Part shown: piece after piece, positions 1 to 12,970 of the stretch
How positions within the stretch are numbered: the stretch's first letter is position 1
How the letters are laid out: every line of letters begins with the position of its first letter
Source: Octopus bimaculoides
Taxonomy: Eukaryota
DNA length: 64,000 bases
Assembly: GCF_001194135.2 (NCBI RefSeq)
Contig: NC_068992.1
Span: 27,799,936 to 27,863,935, forward strand
Direction: 5' to 3'
Position numbers and translations under genes: made by a program
The notes under the pieces: model-generated
The model's input: only the letters and a program-made list of their open reading frames with translations
Told to the model about the DNA's origin: nothing
Database searches by the model: none

Positions 1-60
1 ATCTTGACCAGATGTTATTTGCTAAAACAATGATGGACTAGTTGGTGGACAATGATGGTG

Positions 61-91
61 GTGGTAGTGGTGGTGGTGGTGGTGGTGGTGG

Positions 92-122
<31 letters not shown>

Positions 123-140
123 AATGATGATGATGATGAG
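61..140. repeat. Compound trinucleotide microsatellite (GGT)n(GCT)n(GAT)n, one of dozens of TA, CA, TATG, TAGA, AAT and CAT tracts in the window
   Basis: Direct reading; a similar compound tract lies at 50720-50795. Confidence 0.95.
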
Positions 141-498
141 CAATAGTTGTAACCTTTTACCCCCTGTTTCATCTCCTCTAAAATTCCTCGTTTCAAGTGA
201 ATATTAAAGAAACCATTTTCAGAAAGAAAAGAAACTCAACTCACTCAGTAAGGATCCATGCCCCTTGGAACTGGCCATCTGCTTCACGTTGGATATGTTC
301 ACTACACTTTCTTACAGCAGCATCAAAGGAATTTTCCTGCAAACAAATCAAATATCAAGTAATTAGGTTAGTGTCAACATATTTAATTTAATGAGCATTG
401 AAAAATAAACTAATAAGAAATATTTATGTGGTGAAGAAAAGACAGTATTAACTCATTGACTGATATTTCTATTTCAACAATTTTGGTAATTATAGGAG

Positions 499-546
499 AT
501 AACTCCAAATATGTTTCGGCCTTATAAGACCTCTTCAGAGAACTAT
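499..546 (-). ncRNA. Degenerate hammerhead-like motif
   Basis: AUAGUUCU CUGAAGA GGUC-uuauaa-GGCC GAAA cauauuu GGAGUUAU; stems I and II pair (with G-U wobbles); cleavage triplet decayed. Confidence 0.45.
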
Positions 547-1853
547 AGAAAACAGTGATTGTTAAAGTAGTGAAGAGAGAAACACTAAATAAATGTATAT
601 TATTGAACATGAGTGAGTACATTTTGCAGTTAATTTACCAGGAGTCACAAGTGTGATGCAGTCTATCATCAATATAGATTAATTAGACCATTCTTTTTTT
701 TATGGTACTATGGTTGGTCTCATTTGCTGTGACAATCTGTCATGCCAAGCATTCAAGTGGACGTTGAAATACCTTCTCCAGAAACTGCATAGAATACTTG
801 AGGTGGATTTGATCTCACTAACTGGTAATTAGTAGTCCAATGCCTTATTAACTATTTTTGTTCTACAAAGACACAAGACAGTTTTTATAGGATTTTTAAA
901 AAAACTGTGAACTACAGATTTCTTAGTTTTTCTAAAGAAGCAAATTAAAATATTAAATATCTTAATAGTCTTAAAGGCAACAGATAGTCAGAAATGAGCA
1001 AACACCAAACAAAGGGGTTCGCAGTATCTCTTACATCTCATTATTTTCTAATTTCAAATCCCACAGGAGTCAACTTTGTCTTTCATCTCTCTAGGGGTTG
1101 ATAAAAGTATCAATCACATCATCAATCAATCCCCAACTCTACCCACCTCCTGCCCTCCACTCTTAAGAATTGTGGCATTGTGCAAATCTACAACAAATCA
1201 ATATGTATGTTTTTAATTATGAATCATTGCTACAGAGGAAGAGAGAATGGTTTTAAAGGTCTTTCTGTTTTCTTGTTTGCATAATGGCCTCTTTTTTTTA
1301 CTTTTTTCTTTTTCTCTTTTTTTTTTTTCTCTTTTGACAGGCTGTCTCGTACCTAGCTTATAAATAAATATTATTTCCAAATACATCACTGACTGCATAG
1401 GGTGTCGCAATGGGCCACAGGCAACCAGCTGGCCATATGTCATCAAACAGTTCTATTTTGAATAATGATTAGATATGGGTTTCAAACTGTAGTCTGATAA
1501 ATATGTTGAGTTGACCTAAAGGGAAACAGCAGAACATACCTNNNNNNNNNNNNNNNNNNNNNNNNNNNNNNNNNNNNNNNNNNNNNNNNNNNNNNNNNNN
1601 NNNNNNNNNNNNNNNNNNNNNNNNNNNNNNNNNNNNNNNNNNNNNNNNNNNNNNNNNNNNNNNNNNNNNNNNNNNNNNNNNNNNNNNNNNNNNNNNNNNN
1701 NNNNNNNNNNNNNNNNNNNNNNNNNNNNNNNNNNNNNNNNNNNNNNNNNNNNNNNNNNNNNNNNNNNNNNNNNNNNNNNNNNNNNNNNNNNNNNNNNNNN
1801 NNNNNNNNNNNNNNNNNNNNNNNNNNNNNNNNNNNNNNNNNNNNNNNNNNNNG

Positions 1854-1889
<36 letters not shown>

Positions 1890-2447
1890 TGTTCTTTTAT
1901 TCCTTTACTTGTTTCAGGCATTTGACTGAGGCCATGTTGGAACACTGCCTTTAGTAAAAAAAAATCAGCCCCAGGACTTATTCTTTGTAAGCCTAGTACT
2001 TATTCTATCGATGTCTTTTGTTGAACCTCTAAGTTATGGGGATATAAACACACCAGGTGAGGAGACAAGCACCACTGTCCTGTTTTTGTTACCACTTTCT
2101 ACCTATGCAAAAAATCCCAAATTTTATATAATTTGCATTGCAGGAAGGACTGTTTTGATGAAATCGCGTCTTGTCCTTACCTTCAAAACGCAGAGTAGAT
2201 AAAACAGGGGACAACTGCATGTCTCGTTTCTCTGTTTGTTTTTTCGATGTTCAAAAAAAATTTCATTTTTTATGTTTTTGTTTTTTATGTTCTCGTTTCA
2301 CATTCTGTCTAAGTTTTTTTGATGTCCTGTACTCATATATGCATGTATATATACATATGTAGGTATGTACATATATGTATGTATATATGCATGATCAAAT
2401 GCCACACACCCTTTTCCAAGTAAGTTTTATATATATACATATATATA

Positions 2448-2480
<33 letters not shown>

Positions 2481-2983
2481 NNNNNNNNNNNNNNNNNNNN
2501 NNNNNNNNNNNNNNNNNNNNNNNNNNNNNNNNNNNNNNNNNNNNNNNNNNNNNNNNNNNNNNNNNNNNNNNNNNNNNNNNNNNNNNNNNNNNNNNNNNNN
2601 NNNNNNNNNNNNNNNNNNNNNNNNNNNNNNNNNNNNNNNNNNNNNNNNNNNNNNNNNNNNNNNNNNNNNNNNNNNNNNNNNNNNNNNNNNNNNNNNNNNN
2701 NNNNNNNNNNNNNNNNNNNNNNNNNNNNNNNNNNNNNNNNNNNNNNNNNNNNNNNNNNNNNNNNNNNNNNNNNNNNNNNNNNNNNNNNNNNNNNNNNNNN
2801 NNNNNNNNNNNNNNNNNNNNNNNNNNNNNNNNNNNNNNNNNNNNNNNNNNNNNNNNNNNNNNNNNNNNNNNNNNNNNNNNNNNNNNNNNNNNNNNNNNNN
2901 NNNNNNNNNNNNNNNNNNNNNNNNNNNNNNNNNNNNNNNNNNNNNNNNNNNNNNNNNNNNNNNNNNNNNNNNNNNNNNNNNNN

Positions 2984-3029
<46 letters not shown>

Positions 3030-3393
3030 TCTATAGAACTCAAGACAAGCATTACAAAAGATAGCAAAAACAAAGTATATAAAACATAAAAGTTAGTGCT
3101 ATCATGGTTGTTTTACATACATATATGTATATTTATGTATATACATATATATATATTTATTTATGTATATACATACATAAATATATGTATGTATGTATGT
3201 ATATAAATATATATGTATCCATCTAAAAAACAACCACAATAACGATAACTTGTATGTTTTGTATATTCTGCTTTCGTTTTCCGTTTTTTTTTTTTTTATT
3301 CTTAGGTTCCACAGAACGTTGTTTTTTGGGGGGTTTTTTTTGTTTTTTCTCAGGGATTATGTCTGCAAATGTTCAAACTCAATTAAACATTAC

Positions 3394-3523
3394 ATCTTTT
3401 CCTTGAAGTTTGAATCGCTTTTAAAAATGTGCCTTGCTTGCTCCACAAATATCGTTTTGCTTATTGTCGTTGGTAATTGTTTCTGAAATTTCTGGACAGC
3501 CGACTTAATGATGGAGTGTTTGT
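3394..3523 (-). CDS. Candidate exon xKHSIIKSAVQKFQKQLPTTISKTIFVEQARHIFKSDSNFKEK (same gene or a second one)
   Basis: T-rich acceptor ...ggtaattag|, phase 1 in. Ends at AT|gtaatg, or reads on to a stop at 3390. The link to the upstream exons is not established. Confidence 0.4.
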
Positions 3524-3555
3524 CTAATTACCAGACGACAAAAAAAAAAAAAATA

Positions 3556-3586
<31 letters not shown>

Positions 3587-3965
3587 AAACTAAAGAAAAG
3601 AAAATGTAAAGAGCCAAAGCAACACAGTGCATGGTGCTAATACTGTAATAACAACAGTGACAGATGAGAATACAAGATATGTTAGTCCCTTTCAGCAGTA
3701 AGATCACACTATGAAAATATAAAATGGGAATATGGTGACATTAATAACTGGCAATAACACAAAGAAAGCCTTCCACAAAGATTCTAGCAATTAAGCACAG
3801 GCAGACTGTAAGTTTAGGAGAAGGCTGTAGGAAAGAAGTCTGGCAGAGGTTGAGGTTTTTAGTATAAACTATGTTAACCAATCACAGTGAATGTGCATGC
3901 GTGTGTCTGTGTGTATCAAATTAGATATGAGTAGATAAAATATATAGCCAAAATTAGCAATATAT

Positions 3966-4018
<53 letters not shown>

Positions 4019-4027
4019 TACATACAT

Positions 4028-4058
<31 letters not shown>

Positions 4059-4071
4059 TATACACATACAT

Positions 4072-4136
4072 ACATAAATACATATATGAGAGACACAGAC
4101 AGACATACAAGCAAAAACAGACAGATGTGTGTGTGT

Positions 4137-4178
<42 letters not shown>

Positions 4179-4280
4179 TACATAAATACATATATGAGAG
4201 ACACAGGCAGACATACAAGCAGAAACAGACAGATGTGTGTGTGTGTACTATATATATATATATATATGTACACACACACA
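4072..4280. repeat. Tandem duplication of a ~105-bp microsatellite-rich unit
   Basis: Two copies of taaatacatatatgagagacaca...cagatgtgtgtgtgtgtactatatata. Confidence 0.8.
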
Positions 4281-4283
4281 TAC

Positions 4284-4314
<31 letters not shown>

Positions 4315-4773
4315 GGGAGGAAAAGAGAGAGTGTTCACTTTTATGTCTCTTTTTCCATGCAAGCATGGGTTAGATGAATATATTGTTGAGGGCATTGTTT
4401 TTACATTCAGCTGCCCGTCTTAGTATTAACCCGTAACTGTTTCTCAAGTAAGGGATCCCTTATTTCACATGTTTCTAAAGATACAAAGCCAATGGATGAA
4501 TTGTTGACAGAAGAAATGACAACAACACCATTTTTAGCTTGCAATTTTCAAAGTAGTGCAAATGTCAACAGATTCACACACACACACATACATAAATACC
4601 AGGCTTCTTTCTGTTTCCATCTATCAAATCCACTCTCAGAGCTTTGGTCAGCCTGGAGTGATTGCAGAAGACATTTGTCCAGGGTATCACACAGTGGAAC
4701 TGAACTCAAAACTACATGGTTGCAAAGTAAACTGCTCAGCTACACAATTGTGCATGCACAGCACCCTCTCTCC

Positions 4774-4858
<85 letters not shown>

Positions 4859-6755
4859 CAAGCACAGCTGTTTTGTTAGGGCATTGACTTCACAACCATG
4901 TAGTTTCAGGATCGGTGTTGCAGCTTGGGCAAATATCTTCTACTGTAGCCCAGGGCCAACGGGAGCTTTGTGAGCATGCTTGGTAGGTGGGAACTGAAAG
5001 AAGTCTATTGCATGTGTGTGTATTTGTATGCCTGTTTCTCTAGGCGGGGATACAACAATCACACACATCTAGAGACACACTACACAATAATCGTAAACAA
5101 ATGGTACCATCATATAAGCAGTGTTGTTCATTTGCAATCTCCCACAAAAATATGTCCAGCCATTGTGCTGTTTGTGTTGGACAGGACCAGAGGGAGTAAC
5201 TTGCTTGGAAACAAGTAAAAGTTGGCAAGCATGGAAAAGCAGACATTAAAATGAGAAGAGGATGATGATGATGAACGAAGTACATGGACAATAAATTAAT
5301 GGAAAGGACAATAGATAGCTATGGAATGGAAACCGTTGTCAGCCTTGTTATCTGCAATCATAACAGTTTTGGCACTGATAAACACTATTATATAAGGCTA
5401 GAAATGAGAAGCTCTTACTTACACAGACTCAGCTTTGAATAATTAATATTAAGTGCAAATTGTATGGTGTTTGCATACAAAGTGCAACGCTGCATGGTAG
5501 CAGATGTGGCCTTCAATGCAAAAGATTAGTGATGGTACAAAAGAAATGAAGCAAACATGCTCCACTGGACATGTAATGTTTGTGCACATGAATAACAGAG
5601 CACAAAATGAGCTGAGAGGAAAACTAGATATAAGAGGAATCATATGTAGTGTACTAAAGAGAAGACTGTGTTGATATAGATACATATGATGTGTATGAAG
5701 GATGTCAGTTGTATAAATAAGAGCTAAGTGCTCAAAGTGACTGGTATCTATGGAAGAGAGAGACTTAAAAAGACGTGGAATAAAGTAGTGAAGACTGATC
5801 TCAACAAGTTGAACCTCATGCTAAAAATGACAAAAAACTGTGAAAATTGGCAACAAGCAGTGTTACAGAAGGCTTAACCAGTGATACAAAACATGGCAAA
5901 AAGAGTTGTTGAAAAGATGGTGCAGATGGCAGTTAAGATGTCTACATTGGATCTCTTGCATTGTTTATTTGCATTAAAACACCATTTACTTCCTTGTTTG
6001 TTAACCTCTCATCTATCTCTAACCTTCTCTCTTATCATTCTATTGTCCCATGTGTAACAAGGAATGGCATTTCTCTGTCAATACTGAATCCTGCCATCAC
6101 TACCCTTCACTTTATCTTTTTCCTACCCTCACTCATTCTGCCTCTGTTCTATTATGATGCCTCTTGTATGAACAATGTCACTGAATCTGTCCATATCCAG
6201 TAACTTCTACCAACTCTTCTTTATTGCCAGTTATAATTCTTTCTCCCCTCTATACCACCACTCTGACCATTACCTTATCTTTATCACTATCCATCTCTTG
6301 TTCTCTGAATGTAAAGATTCCCTAAGCCATCTGTTATAATTTCATTCATCTCTAGAATGTTTTATAAGAATATTACATCAACTCACATAACTTACGGGTT
6401 TCTTTATTTTACCAATTCCTCAGCCCACACCATCCAGATGATTAAACACTGATTTTGGTAGGATATGAGAACAGAATATAAATGGTTGCAACCAAATCAG
6501 TAGTTCTCAACCAGGGTTCATAGGACCTCTAGGAGTCCATATAAGACATTTGAGGGGGTTCACACAAGCATAGTAAATCACACATCCACAGAAGTATCTT
6601 AAGGGTTCATGAATAAATTTTGCTTTAGATGTATTTATTGCAAGAATCAGCTCAGTTTCTTTCTTTGACATTTTACATAGCTCAACCTACACAAGTTAAG
6701 GAGTGAAGAACAAAATAGAAATTTTGAAAGAAATTTCTATAAACCTAATTTTTAA

Positions 6756-7396
6756 CCCACTCATGCCGAAATTGTTCTGGTGAATGAAATTGCCTGAAAA
6801 TTCACAGATACTATTATTTTGGCCTAAATGACAACTGAAAAAAATTTCATTGAAATCCATTTGATACAGACTCTCTTTACTCTTTTACTTGTTTCAGTCA
6901 TTTGACTGCGGCCATGCTGGGGCACCACCTTTAGTCGAGCAAATCGACCCCTGGACTTATTCTTTGGAAGCCTAGTACTTATTCTATCGGTCTCTTTTGC
7001 CGAACCGCTAAGTTACGGGGACGTAAACACACCAGCATCGGTTGTCAAGCGAAGTTGGGGGGACAAATACAGACACACAAACATACACACACATACATAT
7101 ATATATACATATATATGACGGGCTTCTTTCAGTTTCCATCTACCAAATCCACTCACAAGGCTTTGGTTGGCCCGAGGCTATAGTAGAAGACACTTGCTCA
7201 AGGTGCCACGCAGTGGGACTGAACCGAGAACCATGTGGCTGGTAAGCAAGCTACTTACCACACAGCCTGCATACACATTAAGAACATGTTTCATTCTTTG
7301 ATACAGACCATACACAAGTCATGATTTGTATCAAGTATTTGTTTCATACCCTTATAAATTAAGTGTCAGTTTAAACAGACAATCAGCATGAATGGG
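6756..7396. mobile_element. TTAA-flanked (piggyBac-like) MITE nested in the hAT MITE
   Basis: TTAA|CCCACTCATGCCGA ... TCAGCATGAATGGG|TTAA. Confidence 0.75.
6873..7268 (-). mobile_element. Abundant tRNA-derived SINE with an internal (TA/CA)n tract
   Basis: Near full-length copy. Related pieces at 1885-2062, 4570-4745, 10625-11225, 19250-19480, 23800-23925, 30000-30280, 37450-37845, 39180-39560, 53866-54046 + 54970-55240 and 62355-62520. Confidence 0.85.
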
Positions 7397-7955
7397 TTAA
7401 ACATTGAATGACTGTGACATGTTCACCAGAATAAAATAGTAATCAAAGGGGTCCATAGACAAAAAATGGTTGAGAACCACTGAACTAAATATTTGCAAGC
7501 ACTTTGTCCAATGTTTTAGTGATTCTGTTAATTTACTACCTACGAGATAATTTGGTACTCATTCTTGTTAAAAGCCATAAGTAGTTCCTTCCAGTTTTTT
7601 ATTATAAATAGGAGATCTTTAATTGAAAATAAAGATGAATTTTAATAGAAAGTAGAGAGGGACTTCCCACCAAAACACACTTCTACAGGTAAAAACTTTC
7701 ATAGAAATAATTATAATTTTGCTATTGTTGCTGATGTTGTTTGCTTATTCTTATTCTGAGATCTGGTTGAACAAACTTATGACCATTCATCTCTTGACCT
7801 TTTATTCTGGCATTCATAGTGCATCAAGAAACGTCCTTCCTTTTTGAGGCCAAGCAGAATGGGATTTTGGGAATATTTGGTTGTTATTTCAAGCAATTGA
7901 GTGACTGCATAGAGGCTCCTTGTTTAGTTTGTATGGCTCCCTCATTGATGATGAT

Positions 7956-7987
<32 letters not shown>

Positions 7988-8200
7988 AGGTGGTAAGCTG
8001 GCAGAATCATTAGCACACCAAGCGAAATGCTAAGCAGTATTTCGTTCTGAGTTCAAATTCCACCGAGGTCACCTTTCATCCTTTCAGGGTCGATAGATTA
8101 AGTACCAGTGAAACACTGGGAATTGGTGTAATCGATTAGTTCCCACCTTCCCCAAAATTTCGGCCTTGCATTTATAGTAGAAAGCATTATTATTATTATT

Positions 8201-8748
8201 GAGTGAGAGAGTAGTGCATGCCATCAAAGTGACACTGGGGTAAAATATACGAAGCCCAGTATACCCATCATGATTACTCGTCTGATAAGGGTACACCAGT
8301 CACATGCATCGCAACCATATGTGTGTGACATGATGATTTCCTATCAAGATAAACAGCACATGACCTTGCAGGTGATGACCTATTAGAATTTTCTTCAGTT
8401 CAGGTAGCCAAACCCGCTCAAAAGGTCCCTGAATAAGGGTTGTTTAAGGATGTTGAACGAAACATCCATGTTTCCAGAGGTGAATTATCCAAACCCCAAA
8501 GAATTCCTCTCAACACATGGCTATGACGCTCCCCCACTACTTCTGCTCATGATCAGAGATGCACATATCGTCAGCCACTAAGGGACATGCTCAACTGATT
8601 AAAGTCAAACAAATGACAAGCAAATCTGTGGTATTTAGCAGAATATTTGCTGTAGCCTACCTTTTATCCCAAGACAAAACAACGTACATGATAACACTTC
8701 CGATCAGTTAAGATCAGAAGCCATGAGAGCCACTGCCTGATACTGCTA
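8201..8748 (-). mobile_element. Unclassified ~550-bp element flanked by (ATT)n, probably a non-autonomous retroelement
   Basis: More GC-rich non-coding block between ATT tracts, splitting SINE-family sequence. Family recognised from memory only. Confidence 0.5.
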
Positions 8749-10942
8749 TTATTATATTAGAAAAGAATTTCGTAGAGGCCAACTTTCTGCAGTTCATAAA
8801 ATAAGTATTAGTTGAGTGCTGGAGTTGATGTAACTGACTAGCTCCACCTCCATAAAAAAATTTTGTGGTCTTGTGACTATAGCAGAAAGGATTATTGTTG
8901 TCATAAAAGAAATCATTATCATTATCAATAAGGCGGCGAGCTGGCAGAATCATTAGCACACCGGACAAAATGCTTAGCGTCATTTCGTCTGTGTTCAAAT
9001 TCCGCCCAGGTCGAGTTTGCCTATCATTCTTCGTAATTGACTCACTTGTTCCCTAACATTGCTAGACTTGTGCCAAAACTTGAAAGTAGGAGTAGTATAG
9101 AAGGGATTTAAGAAGTAATCGTTATAAGGACAGACAACTGGAATAAGATAAAACTATAATTCATAATTGATTTCTAGTAAATTGCTGCATTTCAAATGTT
9201 AGAAAACTTAATTATTTTAAGAAATTACCCTCTCTGAAGCAAAATCTATTTTAAATCTGTCAAGGGGATAGGAGTGGGTTGTTTTGGGATTTTTTTTTCT
9301 TTAATATTTCTCTGAATCTTTAATGATTTAATACCAATATTCGTTTCATATAATTTACAACTTCAAGGGAGATAACTAGCAACAACAGTAGTTTCCCATT
9401 ATTAAATGGCAATAAAACTGTTTTAGTAAATTAATTTCTGTGTTACGGAAAATTATAGAATACTTATCAGTAATTATACAATATAAAACTAATAATATGT
9501 AGCCAACCTAGTTTAAATTTTTAAAAAAAGTCATTTATCAAGAAAAGGCATAAATTGTTATTGAAAGTCTCATTTTTTTTAAAACAAAAGTAAAAGTATA
9601 AGGAACTTGAATCTTCGTTTTAATGGCCAGCTGCAGTCTCATTTCTTTTGCATTGTTATGGCCTTTAAAAAATACTTGAAGATTACATAATCCAACCTCT
9701 ACTTTTATATTCAAAACAAAAAGAAGCGGGTTAAATTATATTATGTAAAAATCTAATTTTCTCCACTTATTAACACACGAAACATTGCACGTTTATTTAC
9801 CGAATTTACTCGTGTGCACGTCGCACTATTTTATACTTGATCTTAACTGAAAAAACTGCGGCGCTACTTATACATGGGGCAAAGCTGATTTCAAGTTTGA
9901 TGATGAAGGGAAAAAATTTTGTGCTTGGATTTACACAGTTGCTATTCTTTCGTAACTATTTTGGCCAGTTCGGTTAAGTTTGTCCTTCTTTGAAGTGGTC
10001 CAACAGTACCGAATCATATCCGGGTTTGTATCACTTACTGGAATATTGAAAATAATAGCTATTGTCTTTTCTTCCATGCATTATTCCTAATTAACTTTTT
10101 TTTAATGCTCGTTATATCTCGGGAGGGTCATTACTGCCAATAATAAACACACGCACAGGTCCTATTTCACTTCTTCCTTTTTTTTTGTCTATTAACTATT
10201 TATACCATTTAACTAACTGATTGTTTGATTACTCGTTCGGTCAATCAATCAGCTTTATCAAAATCCTTTCGTTACTAATAGCGACCCCATCAATGACATT
10301 CCTTCTCTGCTCCAAGTCTGCTTCTGGTCTGTTTCCTAGTTTACGGGTTCTATATTTATATAAATATTTTAATGCGCGCTACATTAAATATAATGGTTTC
10401 GACGATGAGCATCTGGTTGTTTGATCATCCAAAATATCTACTCACTCGTTAAATTAAGCTGGTTAGTTACCGTATCAATCCTTGATCATAATTCTCAGCT
10501 TGAATTCGCGTAACATAATATGTGACAAGGTTGGGCCTGTGAATTACAGGTGTAATCTATTTGATAAACTTCCACACAGTTTCCACGTAAGCAATTTCCT
10601 TCACAAGGTTTAGATGAAGAAACTTGATAGGAGCGGCTGTGTTGTTCAGTCCCACAGCGTGGCATCTTGGACAAGTGTCTGCTACTATAGCTTCGGGCCG
10701 ACCAGAGCCTTGTGAGTGGATTTGGTAGACGAAAACTGAAAGAAGCCCGTAGTATATATATATATATATATATATATAAAGTTGTAGTGTATTGTCAACT
10801 TAATGTGACAATCCCAATAAGGGAACACACTACTGCCGTTTAGCCCTAGGAAGCTGGACCGCTTCCTGTCGGCCTTGACACAATTACTGTGTCCTTAAGT
10901 TTGCGAGGGGGAGACAAGCTCCTCCACCCAGCCTAGCCAGCA

Positions 10943-10985
10943 TTCAGGGACATGTTTCTGAGTCTTTGCTCGTCATCAGCATGAA
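10943..10985 (-). ncRNA. Minimal hammerhead-ribozyme-like motif
   Basis: UUCAUG CUGAUGA cGAG-caaaga-CUCa GAA ACAUGU C^ CCUGAA: intact core, palindromic stem III, GUC cleavage triplet. Confidence 0.65.
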
Positions 10986-12335
10986 GTAGCTTGCCATATA
11001 TATGTATGTATGTATGTATTTGTTATCTGTGTTTGTCACCTCCACCATCACTTGACAACCGGTGTTGGTGTGTTTACGTCCCCGTCACTTACCGGTTCGG
11101 CAAAAAGACACCATATAGAATAAGTACTAGGCTTACAAAGAATAAGTCCTGGGGTCAATTTGTTCGACTAAAAGGCGGTGCTCCAGCATGGCCGCAGTCA
11201 AATGAACGAAGCGCGTAAAAGAATATGCGATACTGAAATCCTGTTCCAAATTATGCCACCCTCACAGAAAGACAATTGAAACGATTCTGCCGATTGAAGT
11301 GGCAATAAATATTGATGAAGGAGCAACACTGAAAAGGAAGAAATCCTGTTGATGAGAATTAACACAATTAAAGGGAAGTTGGTGTTGGACCACATAGACG
11401 AGTCCAACACCTTACCACGAACGACCAACAGTAGTGTCTCTATGTAAGGTACATAACTCTGTTTACTCTAATTTCACTGTCTTCACAGTTGAAAAGTTGA
11501 TAGTGGAAAGAATACCTAACTGTAAATACAACTTTTCGAAAAGATAAGCGACGAGTGTTAATGTGGTCGTTAGATACGCTAGAAACAGCAGCCAGATCTC
11601 TCACAAATCACATTTTAACATTGTAGAAAACGAAAGTGACACTGGGCAATATAAAAAAAAAGATCAGCAAGCCATGCTTAAAATGCCTTTGAGGATTCCT
11701 TCATTCAATGCTAACCTGGGGTTAAATAACAACTGCTTTAACAAACAAAAAATACCCCAATACATGTAAACACGCAAAAATTAATACAAAACAATAAAAA
11801 TTGACAAATCAAAACTCAGAGTGAAGTTCACTTTTTTTTATGCTTTTTTTTTTCCACATGACTGATAATTATAAATAAAAATACTTAAAATGTTCATTTA
11901 CTTTTAATTAGAAAATTAGCTGAAGTGTACAGCATTTTTTATTAAAACTATATGACCCTCACCACTTTCAACAATGGAGATTTTGCAGGGAAGTTCTGGG
12001 TAGACCCAGTCAGTTTTTAGTGAGCGGATTCATGTGATTTATTAAATCAATATACAGTGACTGTGGCAGCATGCCATTACTATGTATTTCTTGATAAAAG
12101 AGAAGTTGATCGATCATTACCGGATTCCAGCAGTAAACATATCTATTAAATTACAGTGTTCGATAGCATAAAAGAGACATAAACATATTAGATTCAACCC
12201 ACTTTCAGCAGTATATACCTAGGAAAAAAAATTTTTTTAGTGCATTAAAACATGTATTATAGGCACAAATTTGCATATAGGACTCAGAATGATTTTTTTT
12301 TTTTTGAGACATATTTTTGGAAAGAAATGTCTTAC

Positions 12336-12401
12336 ATGCCACGAAATACAGTAAACAATTATGAAACTTGAGACGCCTCTGTATTTTTAGGTATGTTTCA
12401 A
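12336..12401 (-). CDS. 66-nt exon (F)ETYLKIQRRLKFHNCLLYFVA
   Basis: Acceptor attctttttcag|, donor T|gtaaga; phase 1-1. Confidence 0.6.
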
Positions 12402-12748
12402 CTGAAAAAGAATTCTTTATCATTTGGGATTTTAACCTGTAAACCTTCACTACAGTCAACAGAAGATTTTGGTGGAGAATTAAAAGACAGCTTTGCCACC
12501 AATGTTACATGTTGCTGTGCTCCACATTGTTCCTATTATTAAGGAATGGATACCAATACTTTTAGAGATGAATTTGCTAACATAGGCCTTCCCTTTAGTT
12601 CCTGATTACTAAGTTGTCAAAATGGTAAGAGGTTGGAACATGCAAATCTGACAATTACAATAACAGGGATCTGAAATATTTTATTATCAATACATTAACA
12701 ATTTGTTTTTTGCAAAATTGCATCCAAATTTTACATATATCAGTAATA

Positions 12749-12780
<32 letters not shown>

Positions 12781-12970
12781 CTCCATCCTTACAGAGTTCA
12801 CTTTATTACCATATAGTCTTGAATTCTATCTCACAGTACAGCACCTTGAACAAGTGTTTCCTTCAGTTGCCTAGGGCCAAGCAATTCTATGTAAGTGAAA
12901 TTGACAAGCTGCATGGAAACCCATCATGTGTGTGTGTGTGTGTGTGTGTGCGTATATATATATATATATA

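Larger units (their letters stand above)
6498..7482. mobile_element. hAT-type MITE carrying nested insertions
   Basis: CAGTAGTTCTCAACC / GGTTGAGAACCACTG TIRs; 8-bp TSD aaccaaat/aactaaat. Confidence 0.8.

Noticed and set aside
1358-2212. Possible further minus-strand exons (LSPVLSTLRFE|gtaagg ending at 2179; xLFDDIWPAGCLWPIATPYAVSDVFGNNIYL* at 1452-1358)
   Set aside because: They fit each other in phase, but the acceptors are weak, an alternative frame is open, and they cannot be linked to the 3394 exon. Left unresolved.
11266-12142. Candidate exons 12142-12121 and 11328-11266
   Set aside because: Several frames and splice choices are equally possible, so there is no basis to pick one.
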